Below are positions 1 through 64,000 of a DNA stretch of 64,000 nucleotides, piece by piece. Where the stretch lies: the NCBI RefSeq assembly GCF_006345805.1, contig NC_043006.1:24242001-24306000 (forward strand), read 5' to 3'. The notes beneath the pieces are model-generated. The model saw only the letters and a list, made by a program, of their open reading frames with translations. It did not search any database and was not told the DNA's origin. The position numbers and the translations under genes are program-made. Each line of letters starts with the position of its first letter. Within the stretch, counting starts at the first letter, position 1. The DNA comes from Octopus sinensis. Taxonomy: Eukaryota.

Positions 1-58
1 CCGTCCAACCCATGCTAGCATGGAAAGCGGATGTTAAACGATGATGATGATGATGATA
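1..58 (+). mobile_element. 3' tail of RTE-derived short element ending in (GAT)n
   Basis: ccaacccatgctagcatggaaagcggatgttaaacgatgatgat recurs at about 44590, 48875 and (reverse) 22670, 55035, and resembles the tail of the RT-bearing RTE at 12657-13925. Confidence 0.8.
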
Positions 59-99
59 TACCTTTTCCCAATGAAAATTAAAATTAGATTTATATAGAC

Positions 100-780
100 A
101 CTGGCTGGATGGATCTTAAGAACATTCAGAACCAGAGATAAGGAAACCATGATGGTCCTCTGGCGGACATTCGTCCTCAGTAGCCTGGATTTCTGCTCAC
201 AGCTATGGTCACCTACCAGTGTGAAATTAACAGCGGACCTTGAAGCAATCCAGAGAAGATTCACAAAGAAGATCGTCTCTTTGCAACAGCTCAGCTACTG
301 GGAAAGGTTGAAACAGCTAAGACTCTACTCCCTGGAGAGAAGACGGGAGAGGTATGCAGTAATATATATCTGGAAGATCCTGGAAGGAATTGTGCCAAAT
401 TTTGGCATTGAAAGCTACACCAATGCTAGAACGGGACGACACTGCATAGTGGATAAGATCCCAGCAATGCCATCACGCTTCAGGATCAGCTACTGCAACA
501 GCCTGGGTTTCAAGGGCCCACAGCTTTTTAATATTCTTCCAAAGAGTCAGAGGAACTTGCACAAAGTAGATGGAGTGGTTTTTAAATCAAAGCTGGACCT
601 CTTCCTGTTGAGAGTCCCAGATGAACCAACCTCACGGAAGAGGTGCAAATGAGGGTAGCTATATCAAACTCTATGCTTCACCAAGTGCCACATATTAGAG
701 GAGGCTCTTAGTAATAACAGTGTAGCACAAAACGGCAGTGCATCAGCATGGCCGCAGCTCTGAGCTGAAACTAGAAAAAA
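100..780 (+). mobile_element. CR1/Jockey-group LINE, 5'-truncated 3' fragment (RT C-terminal region and 3' UTR)
   Basis: GWILRTFRTRD..LDFCSQLWSP..LEAIQRRFTK..SYWERLKQLRLYSLERRRERY is a typical CR1-like ORF2 C-terminus; ends in A-run and (TA)n. Confidence 0.9.
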
Positions 781-784
781 AAGG

Positions 785-827
<43 letters not shown>

Positions 828-1049
828 CATACATAAAAAATATATACAGGGTAGAGATATTAGAGAAATTTTTTATCAGCGGCTAGCATGCATAAAATAG
901 TCAGTAGATAACATATTTTTCATATAAAATTAGTGTACATTCATACACAAGAGAGGTGACCCAAACAGGACACCTTACATGTTTAAAGGAATAGTCAAAG
1001 TCCAAACCATGGTTAAGAATAATTTCAAAGGGAATGAAAAATAAAAACT

Positions 1050-1186
1050 CCAGGTTCAGTCCCACTGCATGGCACCTTGGGCAAGTGTCTTCTACTATAG
1101 CCTCTGGCTGATCAAAGCCTTGTGAGTGGATTTGGTAGATGGAAACTGAAAGAAGCCTGTCGTGTGTGTGTGTGTGTGTGTGTATT

Positions 1187-1238
<52 letters not shown>

Positions 1239-1446
1239 ATGTTTGTGTGTCTGTGTTTGTTCCCCCCAACATTGCTTGACAACCGATGCTGGTGTGTTTA
1301 TGTCCCTGTAACTTAGCGGTTCGGCAAAAGAGACCGATAGAATAAGTGCTAGGCTTACAAAGAATAAGTCCTGGGGTTGATTTGCTTGACTAAAGGCGGT
1401 GCTCCAGCATGGCCACTGTCAAATGACTGAAACGAGTAAAAGAGTT
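1050..1446 (+). mobile_element. tRNA-derived SINE family A, 5'-truncated
   Basis: High similarity to full copies at 19305 and 24275; internal (GT)n/(TA)n; tail ggcggtgctccagcatggccac..tgaaac..gtaaaagag. Confidence 0.88.
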
Positions 1447-1450
1447 ACCA

Positions 1451-1519
1451 CTTGTAACCAGGTTTCAAACATTAATGAACAAATAAGATAATTTGTTATC
1501 CATGTTCTTCATCAGCAAG
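1451..1519 (-). ncRNA. Type I hammerhead ribozyme motif (family 1), degenerate
   Basis: Minus strand: CUUG-CUGAUGA-A-GAACAU..AUGUUU-GAAA-CCUGGU-UA-CAAG; helix I CUUG/CAAG. Confidence 0.6.
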
Positions 1520-1815
1520 GGCACTAATAATTAACATAATCATGGGACAAATGTACACTAATTTTATATGAAAAATATGTTGTCTGTTGACTATTTTATG
1601 CATGCTAGCCACTGGTAGAAAATTTCTCTAATTTCTCTACCCTATATATATTCTCTTAATATAATTTTAGTAATTTTGAATAAAGTCGGCACATAAATTT
1701 TTATTTGCTACTGACTATAACTGCACTTGTGCAGTGGATTTGAAAAATTATAATGTATAACGATAAGACATGTGCTCTCTATTTGTCCCATAATTATATG
1801 TTAATTATTAGTACC

Positions 1816-1884
1816 CTTGCTGATGAAGAATACAAATAACAAATTATTTTATTTGTTCATTAATGCTCAAAACCTAGGTACAAG
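1816..1884 (+). ncRNA. Type I hammerhead ribozyme motif (family 1), G12A lesion
   Basis: CUUG-CUGAUGA-..AUGCUC-AAAA-CCUAGG-UA-CAAG; helix III palindrome ACCUAGGU. Confidence 0.55.
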
Positions 1885-2190
1885 TGGTAACTATCGAAAA
1901 TGTTTTTATTTTTCATCCCCTTAGAAATTACTCTTAACCGTGGTTTGGACTTTGACTTCCTTTTAGCTTGTAAGGTATCCTTTTGTGTATGAATGTACAC
2001 TAATTTTATATATATATATATATATATAATAAGAAAAAAGGAAAACCTTTGTTGCAGCGCACCTAATTAGTGCTCAGTATGAGCAAAATATAACAAAAAT
2101 AAAAGTGGATGACAGATTATCGTAGGTCAAGTTCCTTTATCAAGGGAACACAAATTACACAAAAAGTTCATTGAAAATCACTATTACATG

Positions 2191-2274
2191 ACCTTACAAT
2201 CATTTCTAGGAATGCATTTGTATTGGGTGAGTTTTTCAACCGATACAAATAATTGCATTCCTCTCATCAGAGGT
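2191..2274 (-). ncRNA. Type I hammerhead ribozyme motif (family 2), long helix II
   Basis: ACCU-CUGAUGA-GAGGAAUGCA..UGCAUUCCUA-GAAA-UGAUUG-UA-AGGU; helix I ACCU/AGGU. Confidence 0.7.
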
Positions 2275-2659
2275 ATAAATATATCGATTAAAATAGTTTT
2301 CAGAACTTGAAGTCATATCAATAATGTTATATTTCTTTTAAAAATGTTATAGTTTTTTTTAAAAGAAATGTTATAGTATTTTAAAAAAACTTTGCAATGA
2401 TATAGAAAGGCTTTGTGAAGTAAAACATTTGTGTGAATGAAAATGAAATTTAAAATATTTGTAAAAATGAAGTAAAATAAAATAAAATGAGGATTCAAAT
2501 TTTGGGTTAACAGTTGGGTTGCCGATAATTAAAAATAGTATAAAAATACTATAAGAGTTAAAAAAAAAATATAACATTATCGATATGACTTCAAGTTCTG
2601 CAAGTAGGAAATATTTTAAGCTTTCTCAATTTTTCAACTATTTTAATCGATTTATTTGT

Positions 2660-2743
2660 GCCACTGATGAGAGAAATATGACTATTTGTATTGGCTGGAA
2701 AACTTGCCCAATACAAACACATTCCTCGAAACGATCATAAGGT
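2660..2743 (+). ncRNA. Type I hammerhead ribozyme motif (family 2), long helix II
   Basis: GCCA-CUGAUGA(2664-2670)-GAGAAAUAUG..UUUGUAUUGG..CCAAUACAAA..CACAUUCCUC-GAAA(2728-2731)-CGAUCA-UA-AGGU. Confidence 0.7.
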
Positions 2744-2928
2744 TATGTAATACTGCTTTTCTTTGGATTGTAATATTGGAGCTCTTGAAACCTAACATCT
2801 CAATGAACTTTTTATGTATTTTGTGTTCCAATGATAAAGGAACTTGACCTACGATAATCTGTCATCCACTTTGATTTTTGTTTTATATATATAAGCAGTA
2901 TTGGTTCTAGATTATATCTTATTCTTCT

Positions 2929-2977
<49 letters not shown>

Positions 2978-3379
2978 GTATATATAGGTATGTTTGTTCA
3001 TTTAGTGTTCTTTTTCCCATGCTAGCAATAGTGGGACCGGATATGCATTCAGGCAGGCAGCAGAAAGAGAGATGGGGGATTTAGATTATCAAACATTTGG
3101 AAATATTAATAAGATAGTGTTTAATTAGAAGTGTAAATTAATTGATAGAAACCTTCCCTCTATATATAGTTACAAAATTTTAGATATTTTCAAGATATTC
3201 TTTAAAAATGGCTAAAATAAAAGCAACATATTCTCCAAATTTTCGTAATCTTGTTTTCACAATTCTGTAGTTTTTGAAAATATAGCTTTATCATGTGTAA
3301 TATACTTCTATATTGATAATAATCCTTTTTTTTTTCCCCAAATGGTTCCATCAGCTTTATATAATTTTATTCTTTACAG

Positions 3380-62057
<58,678 letters not shown>

Positions 62058-64000
62058 CTTTTAACATCATACCCATGTTCACTAATTACTTTGTAACATT
62101 TCCCATCAGTTTAATATTTAAATTTGACTATTTTTGCTCTAATTTTAGTTCTTTTGCACCCCTGTTCAAACTTTCTATTTGTTTTGTGTACATTTCGGTA
62201 TCAGTGGGAAGCTCAACAAATATATAATAGAGAGACTCCACCTCTAATTTCCAACACCTGGTTTTGCATCTTCTCTCTTCCACATGTGCAGAGAAGGAAC
62301 CCCCCTCCCCACTTTTTATCTCCTTTTCAATTGGCTCTATAATATTTATGTTGTACATCATAGCCATGTGCTCATTGTTTAACTAGCAATACAACTATAC
62401 AGAACTGAAGTTAAGATGATCACTGATTTATTGCTCAACCACAAGTCAAATATTTCTTTGGATCAGGACTCTTAAAAGACCTTTTGTAAATTTGTAGAAG
62501 AAATATCTTGAGTGAAAAGAAAAAGAAAAACTCTCTATAACAAGAATCCCTCCCTCTTCATTATATAAAAGGCAGCAACATCATTACCAGTTCATTCCAC
62601 ATACATTTCACCACTTCCCACATCTTGACATTTCACGCTGCTTCAACCATATGATGTGCATGTGTAAATATAACTGTACTCTTTCTCAAGAAATGAAGCA
62701 TTGTTAATAATTTTGAGAAGACTCAGTTTTTATTACAAATAATAACAAATACGGCATTGTTAGTGTAGCAAACCCAGGTTAATAAAATTTGAAGCAAAAA
62801 AGGCAAATATCCTTGAGGTATATTAGTGTGAATTATGTGGCAGTCTATCCTAAAAGAGGAACCTGCTTTGAAGGATACCGATTTCTTCTCACAGCACACT
62901 AACATGCCTTCTTGTTTTGCTTTATTTTTCTTTTGTGAATTGATTCTTGCCAACTCAGACCACCACTTCTCTCTTGGAATTCTAGTAATTATATTTAAAG
63001 TTGTAACTTTTATTAGAAGAGGGATAAATTTAGAAAAATTCTATAAACAAAATCAATTAAAAAGTCTGATGAAAATTTACTCAAGAGGTTCTTTTTCTCA
63101 TTAGTGGTCAACCTTCTGAAAAACAAAATAAGGCCCACCAATTCTGTATTCTCAGTGCTGATGGTTTTATTGCTAAAAATATTAATACAAAAAAAAAAAC
63201 ACTACTAACCACAAAGATCTTAACAGAATGTCTTGTTTTTCCTTAAAAAAAAGAAAAAAAAGAAAAAACATTTGATATGTTTCTGTGCTTTCTTGTTTTG
63301 TTTTTCTACATTAAGGAATAACAAAACAAAAACAAAGTGAGAACAGGAATTTTCCATTAGACTCTGCCTATATGGCAAGAACACAATATTGTAGTACAGC
63401 TATTTGCAAACCCCAGCTCTAACTATTTCACTTCACTTTTGTTTACTAACAACACAATTTGAATAATCTCTTTCCTTAAAGACCAATTTCACACAAAAAA
63501 CTGTCTTAGTAGTGAGGGAAGTGAGAGAAGAAACAGCACGTTTGTGAGTCATTGATTGTCACATGTTTGTAAGTTTTGCCATTCAACTGACTGACCTTTT
63601 GAATGCTTTCTGTTATGTTTGTGTGTACAATACCCCAGCCTGAGCTTTATGTGAACTTTGTAGGGGTCCAGCAATGTATCAGTATGTCTTGGCTACACTT
63701 ATAAAAATGTATTACTGAGATTAGAAATGATAGGCATAACATTTGTAGCAAATTTTAAGATTTTACTATGTAAAGTGTGTGTGTGAGAGGGAGAGAGAGA
63801 TACAAGACTATGCCTTGCACTTTGTGGCATGAATTGTCTACCTATGCAAGGTTGACACTTGTCACAGGTCAATGCTGATTCAAGCAGATTCATGATCAAA
63901 TGTATTCCAGTCATGACCATCCTATCTTTTTGCTAATGTGTCCTTCCTTTTTTTAAGAAAGTAGCATGGAGTTTTGGCTGTTCTGTCTGGTAGAATAGGC

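Larger units (their letters stand above)
847..1644 (-). mobile_element. Short Penelope-like non-autonomous insertion with about 95-bp terminal inverted segment and hammerhead motif, interrupted by a SINE
   Basis: 847-945 is the reverse complement of about 1550-1644; TA flanks; hammerhead core at 1451-1519 (-); related inverted copy at 1770-2010. Confidence 0.6.
2089..2886. mobile_element. Fold-back element with about 250-300 bp inverted arms, each carrying a hammerhead motif (Penelope-like tail-to-tail structure)
   Basis: 2091-2330 is a reverse-complement match to 2570-2886 (e.g. aaaagtggatgacagattatcgtaggtcaagttcctttatc / gataaaggaacttgacctacgataatctgtcatccacttt). Confidence 0.75.

Noticed and set aside
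847-2886. Tc1/mariner-type MITEs (inverted repeats with TA flanks)
   Set aside because: The arms are imperfect and asymmetric and contain hammerhead cores, and the TA flanks are part of (TA)n runs. Penelope-type inverted ends explain this better, though a MITE is not formally excluded.
62781-62786. AATAAA as the KDM4 poly(A) signal
   Set aside because: Plausible but indistinguishable from background in AT-rich sequence; the 3' UTR end cannot be set without transcript data.

Overview
AT-rich, repeat-dense animal DNA, inferred to be from a coleoid cephalopod (Octopus-like SINE/RTE/CR1 repertoire and microsatellites). It has one 100-N assembly gap (44808-44907). The whole window lies inside one + strand gene, a KDM4/JMJD2-family histone lysine demethylase. 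Twelve phase-consistent GT-AG coding exons (3380-62057; 5679 nt, 1892 aa plus stop) encode the end of the JmjC Zn-site, a very long low-complexity linker (mostly one 3961-nt exon), PHD/extended-PHD fingers and the hybrid double Tudor. The JmjN/JmjC 5' exons lie upstream of the window. The introns hold two CR1-like LINEs (one possibly near-intact), RTE, R4/Dong, mariner and Penelope (GIY-YIG) remnants, Helentron-like short elements, SINE arrays and a 23-bp minisatellite. The most notable signal is about ten type-I hammerhead-ribozyme motifs from up to seven sequence families, several in short fold-back elements. They have palindromic helix III segments that differ between families, mostly GUA cleavage triplets and in several cases unusually long helix II arms. 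All alignments and folds were done by eye; no database searches were run.
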